DNA from: a virus | Length of the DNA stretch: 64,000 bases | Direction: 5' to 3' (one strand) | Virus record (IMG/VR): IMGVR_UViG_3300030117_007745 | Span: 32,001-96,000 of that record | Shown here: piece by piece, positions 29,853-39,952 of the stretch | Position numbering within the stretch: the first letter of the stretch is position 1 | Layout: every line of letters starts with the position of its first letter | The notes under the pieces: generated by a model | What the model saw: the letters and a program-made list of their open reading frames with translations, nothing else | Databases searched by the model: none | What the model was told of the DNA's origin: nothing | Program-made: the position numbers and the translations under genes

Positions 29853-30430
29853 TTCTTTCTCCCGTCCAGTATTAGCTCTTCTTTCTTTTCTATGAAAGCA
29901 TTGTAGATCTTATCAACGACCATATCAATGTCCATAGCATTAACTCTATCTGGAGTTGTCTTTATGTTCGTGGGATACACATCTAATACCTGAATATTGT
30001 TTTCTTTTTTGAAACTATTTGAAAACCCTCGAAGGCCCCACTTAGTAGCAGAATACAGAGTTCTGGGTGTCTTTACTTCTAATCCTACCATCGAGTTTAT
30101 ATTTATAACCCCTTTAAGATTTTTCAATAATCTCTTGGTTAAAAGAACTGGGGCCTTTAAATTAACTTCTATCATGGAATTAATTAAATCATCTTCATAT
30201 TCTTCCAAAGGAATGTTCGGACAGACAATCGCAGCGTTATTAACCAACACATTTACCTGTAGTCTGTTGGCCTCTTGAGATAGTTTCTTAACCTCATCTG
30301 CATTTGTCAGGTCGTAATGTTTCCTTCCTTCGTGCCGAAAAACAAAATGGCCCTCGTTTTCAAATTTATTAGCTAAATGAAAACCAAGGCCAGAAGAGCA
30401 TCCAGTTATTAAAATTCTAAACTTATTCAA
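29849..30430 (-). CDS. Short classical SDR oxidoreductase
   Basis: TGCSSGLG, VNNA and YSATK. TTG start. Confidence 0.85.
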   Translation of the reverse strand: MNKFRILITGCSSGLGFHLANKFENEGHFVFRHEGRKHYDLTNADEVKKLSQEANRLQVNVLVNNAAIVCPNIPLEEYEDDLINSMIEVNLKAPVLLTKRLLKNLKGVININSMVGLEVKTPRTLYSATKWGLRGFSNSFKKENNIQVLDVYPTNIKTTPDRVNAMDIDMVVDKIYNAFIEKKEELILDGRKK

Positions 30431-31402
30431 TTATTTCTCCAATAATTTAAAAACATCCTTACCAGAGTCTGCCACTGCTTTATTCTCTAGGTACCATTGA
30501 ATTGTTTCCTTCACACCCTCTTCAATTGAAATTTGAGGCTGAAATCCATAAGACTTTGCCCTTTCCATATCGAAGACCCTCCTGTGATCGCCTGTCGGCT
30601 TGGAGGTATCCCACTCTATTTCTACGTTTGCTTCGGCTGCTACAGCTTCAGCAATTCTTTTAATGCTAATTTCATCACCTGATCCGAGATTAAGCGGCTC
30701 TGTTATTTTGTTTTCAACTGCAAAAACCATTCCTCGTGCAACATCTCTAGCATGGATAAAATCCCGAATAGAAGATCCATCTCCCCACACTTCTAGAGTA
30801 TTATTACTAAAGGCTTTTCTTATAAGAGAGGGAATCACCATTGCACTATCTAAATCAAAATTATCATGAGGGCCATATACATTTGCAGGCCTAACAATGC
30901 TGCACTTTCCTTCGCCATATTGCTTTTGGTATGCCTGACATTGAAGCTCGCCCATTCTTTTTGCCCAACCGCCGAACCAATCATTTCTTGACGGCTGTGT
31001 TTGCCATACATCATCCTCTCTTAGTACCTCTGCTGGCTGATATACTCCAACAGTGCTTGTATACAAATACCACTCTACATTGTGATACATGGCCGCTTCT
31101 AGCATATTTGTGTTAAACTGCATCATTGGTCCCATGATTTTTGCCGGCTCTTCAATGCAGACGCGAGGTGAACATTTGATGCCAACTAAATTAAAAACAT
31201 AGTCCATTCCCTCACAAATTTTTAAACACGAAGAGTATTCTCTTAAGTCTACTTTGACAAATGTGACCTTTTCTTTTAAATCTTCTGGCTGTTTTAAGTC
31301 TGCAACATGAACATCTGCACCTTTGTCTAAAAGAATCGTTACCAGTTCACGGCCGATCATTCCTGCTCCGCCTGTTACTAATACTTTTTTATTCTCAAAC
31401 AT
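30431..31402 (-). CDS. Extended SDR NDP-sugar epimerase/reductase
   Basis: GGAGMIG, RPANVYGP.DNF, VWGDGS.IRDFIH and WDTSKP.G. Confidence 0.87.
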   Translation of the reverse strand: MFENKKVLVTGGAGMIGRELVTILLDKGADVHVADLKQPEDLKEKVTFVKVDLREYSSCLKICEGMDYVFNLVGIKCSPRVCIEEPAKIMGPMMQFNTNMLEAAMYHNVEWYLYTSTVGVYQPAEVLREDDVWQTQPSRNDWFGGWAKRMGELQCQAYQKQYGEGKCSIVRPANVYGPHDNFDLDSAMVIPSLIRKAFSNNTLEVWGDGSSIRDFIHARDVARGMVFAVENKITEPLNLGSGDEISIKRIAEAVAAEANVEIEWDTSKPTGDHRRVFDMERAKSYGFQPQISIEEGVKETIQWYLENKAVADSGKDVFKLLEK

Positions 31403-32552
31403 TGTTTAACCTCTTGCAAAGCTCTAAAATCTGCTCTTCTCTAAGCTCGGGGTGATTTCCTATGTAAAGTCCGTAGTCTTGTATGTAATCAGAAACTTCC
31501 AACTTTCCAACTACCTTATGATCGTATCTTTCAAGGTATGGCTGCCTAGCTTGGTTGCCGCCGCCTGCCGTGCCGAGACGATATTCTACCTTTTCTTCTT
31601 CCAAAATCTCACAAACTAGCTTAATTTTATCGTTATCTTTTGTTAAGATCAAAGGTAGTGCATAATTGCTGCTACCCTCTACATTATACTCTGTATAATA
31701 CAACATATTGTCCAAGTTTGTCAACCAAACATTTAGATTTTCTTGCCTTTTTTCAATATTATAATCAAGACGTTGGATCTGTTCGAGTCCCAAAACTGCA
31801 TTAATCTCGCTTGATCGCATGTTATATCCCGGTACTGCAAAAGTAAACAGCGGATTTACATCTGGCTTTGCGTATTTCTCATGTGTTTCTTGGCTAGCTT
31901 CCCTTGTCATACCATGAGACCTAAACATTCGCGCCAACTGATAAATTTCTTCGTTATTTGTGCAAAGCATGCCACCTTCAATTGTTGTCATGTGATGTCC
32001 AAAATAGAAAGAAAAACAAGACATATCTCCGTAAGAGCCCACTTTCTTGTCTTTGTATGTTGCTCCATGAGATTCGCAACAATCCTCAATTAAAATCAAA
32101 TCATGCTCTTTTGCCAACTCAATAATCTTATCGTTAATTCCATTAAATCCCAAAGCATGAACAAGAACTATAGCTTTTGTATTCTCATTTATTGCTTTTT
32201 TTATGTTTTCATAGGAAATAGCCATTGTATCCAAATCAACGTCTACAAAAACAGGCAAGAAACCAGTGTTTATTACTGAAGAAATGTCAGACACCCAGCC
32301 GATTGGAGGCACAATAATTTCCCCTTTTTGACCTTTTAATTCTCTTACAATAGATGTTGTTATGTAGTTGGACGCTGCTCCAGATCCAACCATTACACTA
32401 TACTTCACGCCAAGCCATTCGGACCACTTTTTTTCAAACTCTTTTACTTTTGGACCGTTTGTGAAGCGGTTAGTGTTCAAAACAAAGTCTGCGAGGGCTC
32501 TCTTGTCATCATTTGTTATATTATCGTTAATTAATGGCCAATCAAACACCAC
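31395..32552 (-). CDS. PLP-dependent DegT-family enzyme, ColD-like 4-keto-6-deoxysugar 3-dehydratase
   Basis: EDCCES.GA and SFYFGHHMTTIEGG: His replaces the Schiff-base Lys, as in ColD/E1. Also F...GYNMR. Confidence 0.85.
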   Translation of the reverse strand: MVFDWPLINDNITNDDKRALADFVLNTNRFTNGPKVKEFEKKWSEWLGVKYSVMVGSGAASNYITTSIVRELKGQKGEIIVPPIGWVSDISSVINTGFLPVFVDVDLDTMAISYENIKKAINENTKAIVLVHALGFNGINDKIIELAKEHDLILIEDCCESHGATYKDKKVGSYGDMSCFSFYFGHHMTTIEGGMLCTNNEEIYQLARMFRSHGMTREASQETHEKYAKPDVNPLFTFAVPGYNMRSSEINAVLGLEQIQRLDYNIEKRQENLNVWLTNLDNMLYYTEYNVEGSSNYALPLILTKDNDKIKLVCEILEEEKVEYRLGTAGGGNQARQPYLERYDHKVVGKLEVSDYIQDYGLYIGNHPELREEQILELCKRLNNV

Positions 32553-33447
32553 ATACCTCCCTTACTTTAGCCTCAATTTCACTTGCATTCGGCGGCAAGT
32601 TGTCCACTGTTGGGTAAAATCCTGCTGTTCGATGTCTTAAGCAGAATGTTCTCACCCTCTTATCCACATCCATCATCATTTGGTGGGCGATGCTACTTGC
32701 GGCACCCTCTTCATAGTCATCATCTAGCACAATTCCTCCATGTTTTGAGGAGGATAGAGCTTTTTTCCAGTCTTCTTTGAAATCAAACGGCTTGATCCAC
32801 AGTTGGTGGATTACATTAACTTTTAGGCCCATAGACTCCAAGTTTTTAGATGCCTCTTGAGCGGCAAATCTGGTAATGGAAATAGGGAACAATGTGATAT
32901 CGGCATCTTCATGTACGATATTCTCTAGTTCCTCTGTGTTATCATAGCTTTTTCTATGCTCTGAAATGTAATATACATCATCTTCTTTCATAAACTGATC
33001 GTATGCATACTGCCATTCTACTGGCGTCATTGGGGAAATAATTTTTGCTCCGGGCATTCTCTGGTAGATTGAGTGGTGTGATGATCCAGCAACGGGGCCG
33101 ATGCCACCTTCCATTGCAATACTTCTTATGAATAGGGGGCATGGGCGTTGCCAAATTTCCTTTGATTTCATAGCATAGTTTGCGATGATTGGCGAATTGT
33201 ACCATTGGAAACCTTGATACCTGACTACATAGAAGGGCCTTTCGCCAGCCAGTGCAGCGCCAACAACGATACCAGAGCCGGCAACGTCAGCCATTGATAG
33301 CTCAACCATTCCATCTTCTTCGTATAGTTCTGGCAGAGTACCCCCAACCCAACCAACTGCTGTGAGGCACTGGCCGTAGCACTTGGATCCCCCTTTCAGG
33401 TGTTCTCTGGTGATGTCTTTTATTGTTTGTCTAACTGTTTTTGCCAT
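32542..33447 (-). CDS. TPP-dependent enzyme, pyruvate-dehydrogenase E1 beta-like subunit
   Basis: Similarity to E1-beta/transketolase C-terminal domains (GAALAG.RP, GP.AGSSH, SEHR, IKPF). Paired with the alpha subunit. Confidence 0.8.
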   Translation of the reverse strand: MAKTVRQTIKDITREHLKGGSKCYGQCLTAVGWVGGTLPELYEEDGMVELSMADVAGSGIVVGAALAGERPFYVVRYQGFQWYNSPIIANYAMKSKEIWQRPCPLFIRSIAMEGGIGPVAGSSHHSIYQRMPGAKIISPMTPVEWQYAYDQFMKEDDVYYISEHRKSYDNTEELENIVHEDADITLFPISITRFAAQEASKNLESMGLKVNVIHQLWIKPFDFKEDWKKALSSSKHGGIVLDDDYEEGAASSIAHQMMMDVDKRVRTFCLRHRTAGFYPTVDNLPPNASEIEAKVREVCGV

Positions 33448-34253
33448 GCTCTTTCCACTTTAATTTTAGTTTCATTGTGAATTTTATCAGCGATATCACC
33501 AAGCTTAGACATCTCGTGCTCATACCTATCAAAGGTATTTGGATCATCAATGCCAGCGCCAGAGTGCCAATATTTCCTATGGGTGTTTACATTCAATAAC
33601 ATTGGCTTTTCAAAAACATTCTCTAGACACTTCTTAATCTCTAGCGGATCGTCAGAGGTTTGCATGCCCTCCATTCCAAAAGCTTTTGCTACATCATCCA
33701 TTTCCCACTTTCTTCTTACTCTTTTTTCTGTCAAGATAGAAAGATTATTGTCCTCGACAATGAAAAGTATAGGCAAGTTTTTAGTAGAAGCCCACCCCAT
33801 AGCGCCCAAAACATAATCTTCTTCGGCGGAGGCGTCACCCATATAAACAATTGTTGGATGCTTTGTTTTATAACAATGACCAACGGCAATCGGTACTTGA
33901 CTACCCATAAGGCCATCGTGTCCATAAATATTTTTTACTTTAGATTGTATAGAAGCAGAACCCCCCATGCCATGAGCACACCCTGTTTTTCGACCTAACA
34001 ATTCATCAATTAGCTCCTCAATAGGTGCTTTAAAGGACAAGTAAGTTGAGTGCCCTCGATGCTGAATAAATATGTTTGGTTGGATATTCTTCTCTGACAT
34101 GACCTCTGCAATAGAAGCAGAGATATATTCTTGTCCTGCTGATAAATAAATTGGAAACTTAAACATTTTATTTTGAATGCCTTCAAAAACGTATTGCTCA
34201 AAGTTTCTGTTTAAAGATGCCCTCTTAAAAACATTTACTCTATAATCTTGCAT
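33420..34253 (-). CDS. TPP-dependent enzyme, pyruvate-dehydrogenase E1 alpha-like subunit
   Basis: YLSAGQE, HRGH, G..GMGGS, GDA...EDNN TPP-binding motif and R...H. Confidence 0.88.
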   Translation of the reverse strand: MQDYRVNVFKRASLNRNFEQYVFEGIQNKMFKFPIYLSAGQEYISASIAEVMSEKNIQPNIFIQHRGHSTYLSFKAPIEELIDELLGRKTGCAHGMGGSASIQSKVKNIYGHDGLMGSQVPIAVGHCYKTKHPTIVYMGDASAEEDYVLGAMGWASTKNLPILFIVEDNNLSILTEKRVRRKWEMDDVAKAFGMEGMQTSDDPLEIKKCLENVFEKPMLLNVNTHRKYWHSGAGIDDPNTFDRYEHEMSKLGDIADKIHNETKIKVERAWQKQLDKQ

Positions 34254-34259
34254 GTAACC

Positions 34260-34649
34260 TCAAAAGTTTTCATTTAAATATTTTAGAGTGTCTTTCCAAT
34301 TTTGAAAATGATACCCCTTGTCATCGATATAAATTTGGGAGCGTGGCTTTTCTGAAGTTATATCTGAAACATACTGCATAACATTATGTTTTTCAAGCCA
34401 CTCTTGAACCAACTCAGTCCCCGTTTTTCCATTGACTAATGGCCTAGATGGCTTGGCTTTAGCTGTAAAAATAATTATATTATAATTTTCTGATAGGGTT
34501 TTTATAGCTTGAAGCGACCCCTTGATTGGATCGCCATAACAAGTTCCATCGTGATATCCCTTATCAAAATTGTGAATTACTCCATCAAAATCAATAGCAA
34601 GATTGTTTGCATCTTTTTCAAAACCGGGAGGATAATCTTTTGCAGTCAT
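34260..34649 (-). CDS. Minimal HAD-family phosphatase
   Basis: DFDGVI, FTA and KP....YIDDK. Confidence 0.82.
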   Translation of the reverse strand: MTAKDYPPGFEKDANNLAIDFDGVIHNFDKGYHDGTCYGDPIKGSLQAIKTLSENYNIIIFTAKAKPSRPLVNGKTGTELVQEWLEKHNVMQYVSDITSEKPRSQIYIDDKGYHFQNWKDTLKYLNENF

Positions 34650-35311
34650 TATTCAAACACCATTACAATTGTTTCTATTTTAACCTTGTTAAATACTTTT
34701 GTCAACTCTTTTATTACTTTGCTTGAAACAATATCGCCGGGGCCAGCTACATTAATACCATATTCAGTTACAATTCCGCCCTTTAAAAACATTATGTTTT
34801 TGTTGTCGTCTAAATTGTCAAAAAACTTTATATCTTCTATGTTGCAAACTCGAAGGGTTGCTTGACCAGACTTATATATGTTTTCTTGTCCAATCAAAGG
34901 CTCTTCAATCTTTAAGCACTCTTCAAGTTTTGGATATTCATAGCTAACATCTTCGTATGGCTTTCCCTCTCGACCATAGCTGTCTTTGAGTCTGACTAAA
35001 TCAAATTTATCTACGGGAGTTTCTATTTCAAATAAGCTAATGCCATCTTTACTTGTCGCTTTTGTAGAATGAAAGAGGCCTTTTCTTATCATAATTTTAT
35101 GATTCGGATTAAGAACAAACGAATCACTTATAAAAGAAACCTCTGCTGTACCCTCCAACAAGATAAGACCAGTTGTTTTATTGGGGTGACAATGCATTGA
35201 CGTGCTGTGTTGATTTTTTATATGCAAAAACCACAAGGCACAATGTTCGTTTTCATAAGCAACATATTCATATCCCCATGGCTTTTTAACAATATTGTCA
35301 AACTTTCTCAC
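34649..35311 (-). CDS. Cupin (mannose-6-phosphate isomerase type II-like) domain protein
   Basis: VKKPWG.E, TSMHCH, H, EIETP..K.DLVRL.D.YGR. Confidence 0.82.
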   Translation of the reverse strand: MRKFDNIVKKPWGYEYVAYENEHCALWFLHIKNQHSTSMHCHPNKTTGLILLEGTAEVSFISDSFVLNPNHKIMIRKGLFHSTKATSKDGISLFEIETPVDKFDLVRLKDSYGREGKPYEDVSYEYPKLEECLKIEEPLIGQENIYKSGQATLRVCNIEDIKFFDNLDDNKNIMFLKGGIVTEYGINVAGPGDIVSSKVIKELTKVFNKVKIETIVMVFE

Positions 35312-35314
35312 AAA

Positions 35315-35854
35315 TTACTTGCCTCTTTCCTCAAGTGTCTGATATCCGGTCCTCATCCATTCTCCCATGAAATCATAGTGAGGGGAGGAGACTATATTGC
35401 TATCGACTACAACTGGGCCACGATGGTAAGTTGCTCCAGCATTATTAATATCTGCTTCAATGGCATAATAACCAGAAACAGTTTTTCCCCTAATAACGTC
35501 TGCTGTGATTAGCAACTGTGCGCCGTTACACAAGGAGAAAATAGTTTTATCCAACTCATTCCATTCGCGAACAAACTGCACTACACCCTCTTCTAGTCTT
35601 AACTTTTCCAGTGCTTTGACTCCTCCGGGAACAACCAGCAGATCATATTCTAAGTATTTTTTTCTGTTTTCGGCGTCGTTGAAATCGGTTGTTAACACAT
35701 CGCCCACCATGTGGCAGCCCAAAATACCATAAAATCTACCTAATTGATTTGCAACAATAGTAACTTCAAAGTTGTTTTCCTTTAGGCTATGGTACGGGTA
35801 AATCACCTCGTGGTCTTGAAAGCCTGCATATGTCAGAATAAGTGCTTTTTTCAT
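35315..35854 (-). CDS. DJ-1/PfpI family protein
   Basis: GFQD.E, VPGG...E.LR, nucleophile-elbow SLCNG and VVVD.NIVSS. Confidence 0.88.
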   Translation of the reverse strand: MKKALILTYAGFQDHEVIYPYHSLKENNFEVTIVANQLGRFYGILGCHMVGDVLTTDFNDAENRKKYLEYDLLVVPGGVKALEKLRLEEGVVQFVREWNELDKTIFSLCNGAQLLITADVIRGKTVSGYYAIEADINNAGATYHRGPVVVDSNIVSSPHYDFMGEWMRTGYQTLEERGK

Positions 35855-35863
35855 TGTTTCTCC

Positions 35864-36340
35864 TTATTTATCTCTTAACTGAAGTATTGGCTTATCTATA
35901 GGCCAGTTTATATTAATATCTTTGTCATTCCACTTTATTGTGAATTGCTGATCTACATCCGGATATTCTCCTTCGTAAGACCATTTGTAATGGAACACGG
36001 AGTTTTCTGATAATACCAAAAACCCATTCCCTACTCCGGGCGGTACTAGTACTTGTTTTCTAGTTTTATCATTTAAGATTAGCCAGTCCCATTGCTTGTA
36101 TGTTGAGGAATCAGGCCTGTTATCAACAACCACAAAATATATTTCTCCATGTAAACATGTTATAAGCTTGTGTGATTTACGATCTCCATGGATGCCGCGT
36201 AGAACGTTCTTTCTGCTAGTTGAAACCTTGTCATGATTAAATTCTAAATCATGATCCCCAGATTTCCACAAAGTCCAAAGATCTCCCCTGTAGTCTACAA
36301 AGACATCCGGTTCGATAACTTTGACATCATGAATTTTCAT
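35864..36340 (-). CDS. rfbC: dTDP-4-dehydrorhamnose 3,5-epimerase (RmlC-like)
   Basis: D.RG, S.KNVLRGIH, VVVD.R.DS.TY..W, GNGF.VLS and I.WND..INI.WP. Confidence 0.9.
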   Translation of the reverse strand: MKIHDVKVIEPDVFVDYRGDLWTLWKSGDHDLEFNHDKVSTSRKNVLRGIHGDRKSHKLITCLHGEIYFVVVDNRPDSSTYKQWDWLILNDKTRKQVLVPPGVGNGFLVLSENSVFHYKWSYEGEYPDVDQQFTIKWNDKDININWPIDKPILQLRDK

Positions 36341-36749
36341 CCCAACTAATTTCCCAATCTTTAAATTCTGCCGCTAAACAGTCAATTTTATAATCTTTTC
36401 GGCCGCCTACAATCTCTTGGATCTTATTCTTGGCAGTGTTTCTTATGCCATTTAATCCATGTGTAAGCTCTAGATTGTTGCCGTCTTTAATGCCTTTTCT
36501 GTAATTTGACTCGTTGTGCCAAATATGCAAATTCATCTGTGATAATACCACAATTGCGCGGATTGTTTCAGCATTTATTTGCCCTTTATTCTCGTCTAGA
36601 CAGAGCTGGATATCATGCACAATGTCACTTATTTCTTGTGCATACTCTTCTCTATGGTCCGAGATAAATACTTCTTTTAACTGTGCAATGGATAGTCTGT
36701 CTATAAGTTCAGAGAGGGTTGGTAAGTATTTTCTATTTTTCACAAGCAT
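36327..36749 (-). CDS. Helical hypothetical protein (DUF4254/DUF6165-like)
   Basis: ELIDRLSI..LK...N..IW..E...R...N..RN..K..I pattern, as recalled from small proteins in glycan loci. Confidence 0.6.
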   Translation of the reverse strand: MLVKNRKYLPTLSELIDRLSIAQLKEVFISDHREEYAQEISDIVHDIQLCLDENKGQINAETIRAIVVLSQMNLHIWHNESNYRKGIKDGNNLELTHGLNGIRNTAKNKIQEIVGGRKDYKIDCLAAEFKDWEISWDENS

Positions 36750-37774
36750 TCCTTTTTAATTTTTTCTACAAAATGTTCTGTTGAATAATTGTTTACTGCC
36801 TTATTAAAGGCATTTTCAACTATTTGTTCATAGTTTTTCCAATTAATTTTAACATCTTCTAGAATAGAATGCAATTCTTTTTTGTCGTTATAATAAATAA
36901 ATTCCTTATCAGGCTCGAAAAAATCCTCTTGAATATTCCACGGGTCCTTTTTCACAACCATCAAGCATCTATTAACAGCAGTCTCTATTGGTCTAGATTT
37001 TATTTGTGGCATAATAAATTGATCTAAGTTTTCAAACGCTTCGTGTTTTTCCCAATGATCATGCTGTCTTATATTGTTGTTTATTTTTTCATCTGTGTAA
37101 AGAAGATTGGACATAACGTTAACCTTAGTCTTTCTGAGTAGCTGCCACATCAATGTTCTCTTTACATTAATTCCGGTTATGTAAGAAGCATATTGATCAA
37201 TGGGAGGCAAAGAACTTTCCCTGCCCCACCATAAATTCCAAGTTTGAGGTCCAACAGTTAAGAAGTTGTAATTATAATCTCTTATTGAATCAATTATGTC
37301 TTTGTGATCTAAACCATGCATTCCTCCCCAGTAGAGTGCATCAAACTGTTTATCTTCTTTTTTATCAACAACAAAGTCTTTATTAAATGGTGTAAATATG
37401 TATTTAAACCTATCATTTTCTTCTATAAAATTTGCCCACTTGGCAGTATAAGGACAGAGTGTATAAACTGTATTAAAAACCTTATTTGAGTCCATCGACA
37501 GAGAAATTGAATTGGGGTCTGAAGTTTGGAGAAGGCATGGGTGCTCGTTATTTAAATAAACTCTATTTTTGTATTGAATTATGGTAGACATATGCCTTGC
37601 TAGATTGTCCATATAGGCCCAGCCCATAAACAATGCATTGTTGGAGTCCTCCTCTGAATGTTTTGATAAATTCCAATAATGGTTTAGTGCATCAGGATAT
37701 GTTGAGCTGTAATCCTCATAAATTTTCATTTTTAATTTGTTCCTTAATCCATTTAAAAGTTTTTTCCATTCCAA
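36740..37774 (-). CDS. GT-B glycosyltransferase (CgeB/Glyco_trans_1_2-like C-terminus); true start probably 37729
   Basis: IKSR.IE.A, FFEPDKEFIYY and IVENAF.K...NYS motifs. Confidence 0.72.
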   Translation of the reverse strand: MEWKKLLNGLRNKLKMKIYEDYSSTYPDALNHYWNLSKHSEEDSNNALFMGWAYMDNLARHMSTIIQYKNRVYLNNEHPCLLQTSDPNSISLSMDSNKVFNTVYTLCPYTAKWANFIEENDRFKYIFTPFNKDFVVDKKEDKQFDALYWGGMHGLDHKDIIDSIRDYNYNFLTVGPQTWNLWWGRESSLPPIDQYASYITGINVKRTLMWQLLRKTKVNVMSNLLYTDEKINNNIRQHDHWEKHEAFENLDQFIMPQIKSRPIETAVNRCLMVVKKDPWNIQEDFFEPDKEFIYYNDKKELHSILEDVKINWKNYEQIVENAFNKAVNNYSTEHFVEKIKKECL

Positions 37775-38729
37775 CCCTTAGTGGCTGTTCATAATCCCAG
37801 CCAAGCTTTTCTCTAATCAAATTATTATCAGAGTTTCGACCCATCACACCTATTGGGCATGGAAAGCCGTACTTGTTTTGAAATTCTTGCCCTTGTATGT
37901 TATGTATTTTAACAGACTTGCCAGAGATGTCAATAGCCATTTGTGCAAAATCATTAATAGCAATCATCTCCTCGGAACCAATGTTAACAGGACCTTGGAA
38001 GCTCTCATTATCCATAAATCTTCTAGTTGCTTCAATGCATTCATCAATATACAAAAAAGATCTGGTTTGCTTGCCATCGCCCCAAACCTCAATCTCACCA
38101 CCGTCTTCAGCTAGTGCAGCTTTTCTACAAAAGGCTGCTGGTGCTTTTTCTCGGCCGCCATCCCATGTTCCCTCTGGTCCAAAGATATTGTGATACCTAG
38201 CCACTCTTACGTTTAAGCGATAATTTCTAGCAAATGCAAACCAAAGTCTTTCACTAAATAATTTTTCCCAACCATATTCACTATCTGGCGCGGCTGGATA
38301 TGCAGAGTCCTCAGTGCATGTTGGATTATCAGGATCTAACTGATTGTGCTCTGGGTACATACAGGCAGAAGATGAATAGAATATCTTACTTATCCCCTTT
38401 TTAACACATTGTTCAGCAATATTCAAATTAATCATTGCTGAATTGTGCATAATATCAGCATCATTTTCTCCTGTAAAAACAAAACCAGCGCCGCCCATAT
38501 CTGCTGCAAATTGGTATATTTCATCAATATCCATTGATACAACTTTATTACACACTTCAGGATCCCTAAGATCACCAACTATGAATTCATCAGCGATGTC
38601 ATAGCAATTAAAATATTCATGCTCTTTAATATCTACACCTCGAACCCAGTGGCCTTCACTTTTTAATCTTTTTACCATGGCACCTCCGATAAAACCTCCA
38701 GCGCCACAAACTAATATTCTTTTCATCAT
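37716..38729 (-). CDS. GDP-mannose 3,5-epimerase (GME)-like
   Basis: GAGGFIG, AADMGG.GF, YSSSAC.YPE, AYPA.P...YGWEK and HNIFGP.GTW.GGREKAPAA.CRK. Confidence 0.9.
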   Translation of the reverse strand: MMKRILVCGAGGFIGGAMVKRLKSEGHWVRGVDIKEHEYFNCYDIADEFIVGDLRDPEVCNKVVSMDIDEIYQFAADMGGAGFVFTGENDADIMHNSAMINLNIAEQCVKKGISKIFYSSSACMYPEHNQLDPDNPTCTEDSAYPAAPDSEYGWEKLFSERLWFAFARNYRLNVRVARYHNIFGPEGTWDGGREKAPAAFCRKAALAEDGGEIEVWGDGKQTRSFLYIDECIEATRRFMDNESFQGPVNIGSEEMIAINDFAQMAIDISGKSVKIHNIQGQEFQNKYGFPCPIGVMGRNSDNNLIREKLGWDYEQPLRVGMEKTFKWIKEQIKNENL

Positions 38730-39952
38730 TTCTCCTTAACTCCCCATAAATCTATAAGCTCAACATTGTCATAATTTAATTTTGAAAAATCTTTATCCGG
38801 ATGCATAATAACCACAACATCACTTTTATCAATGCAATCTTGTGCCGTCACGCACTCGACTGTGTTGAGACTTAAATTTGTATGAGTTTCCTTTAATTTA
38901 TCATAAGTATTAACAATTTTTTTCTCTTTCAACAAAGAATTAATAAGTGTCTTTGAGGGAGACCCAACGGTTACTGGGGATGTTGGCTTAAAAGATACTC
39001 CCAGAACACCAACCTTTTTAAAACTCTTGCATTTATCAAAAATAAGCTGCTGAAGTTCTTCATTAACTTCCTCTGCAAACATTAAATTTTTTGCTTTCAA
39101 GCCTCTGTCCTTGGCAAACTTAATAAACGCCAGAGCATCCCTAGGAAAGCATGTGCCCCCATAGGGTGTCCCACTTCTAAAAAAATGAGGAGATATGCGC
39201 CTATCTAAGCCAATTACACTAGAGACGTTATGAACACTAACATTGTCCATTTCATCGCACATCATGCCTAAAAAATTAGCAAAAGTAATTTTATTTACAA
39301 TAAAAGCATTTAAGCTAACTTTGGCAACTTCAGTCTCCTCTAGGGTCAATTTAAACTCTTGACATCCGTTTTTGTGAACTCCTTTAAATATTTTATGAGT
39401 TGTATTGTAATCCTTCTCTTTGTTTGCTCCTATGGCAAAAAATTCAGGGTTTTCAAAATCATGTATAACGCTTCCTAGTTTTACAAAATCTGGCACGTAT
39501 GAAAATCCAAATCCTGTTCCATATTTCCTGCCTGATATTTTTTCAAACAGTGGTATCAGTTCGTCAACAATTGTTCCGGGAAGAACAGTTGAAGAGAGTA
39601 TAATTGTAAAATATTTTTTATCAGACTTCTTAAGATTAATAGCCAGATCAGTGATGGCTGATTCAACAAACTCTGCTGAGTATCCGTTGTCTCCTAGCTG
39701 CGTATTGACCAAAATAACTGCTGCATCGGTTTCTATAATGGCCCTCTTATACGAGTCAGTATAATCAATAATGTTGTTAGAAACCGTAAGTAATAATTCT
39801 TTTAGGCCGGCCTCATAAAAAGGGAGGGTGCCCTCACTTAATTGGTTTAAAACATATTCATTTTTATCAATACAAAGGACTTTATTATTTTTTGCTAATA
39901 GTCCAGCTAAAGGCAGTCCTAATTTCCCTAGGCCTATAAAAGATATGTTCAT
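38726..39952 (-). CDS. UDP-glucose/GDP-mannose 6-dehydrogenase family protein
   Basis: GLGKLG, STV.PGT, E.AK...N.F...KITFAN, YGGTCFPRD and LG.SFKP. Confidence 0.9.
   Translation of the reverse strand: MNISFIGLGKLGLPLAGLLAKNNKVLCIDKNEYVLNQLSEGTLPFYEAGLKELLLTVSNNIIDYTDSYKRAIIETDAAVILVNTQLGDNGYSAEFVESAITDLAINLKKSDKKYFTIILSSTVLPGTIVDELIPLFEKISGRKYGTGFGFSYVPDFVKLGSVIHDFENPEFFAIGANKEKDYNTTHKIFKGVHKNGCQEFKLTLEETEVAKVSLNAFIVNKITFANFLGMMCDEMDNVSVHNVSSVIGLDRRISPHFFRSGTPYGGTCFPRDALAFIKFAKDRGLKAKNLMFAEEVNEELQQLIFDKCKSFKKVGVLGVSFKPTSPVTVGSPSKTLINSLLKEKKIVNTYDKLKETHTNLSLNTVECVTAQDCIDKSDVVVIMHPDKDFSKLNYDNVELIDLWGVKEK

Noticed and set aside
32542-34253. Pyruvate dehydrogenase as a central-metabolism auxiliary gene
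   Set aside because: No E2/E3 is present, the subunits are short and divergent, and the pair is embedded in an NDP-sugar cluster.
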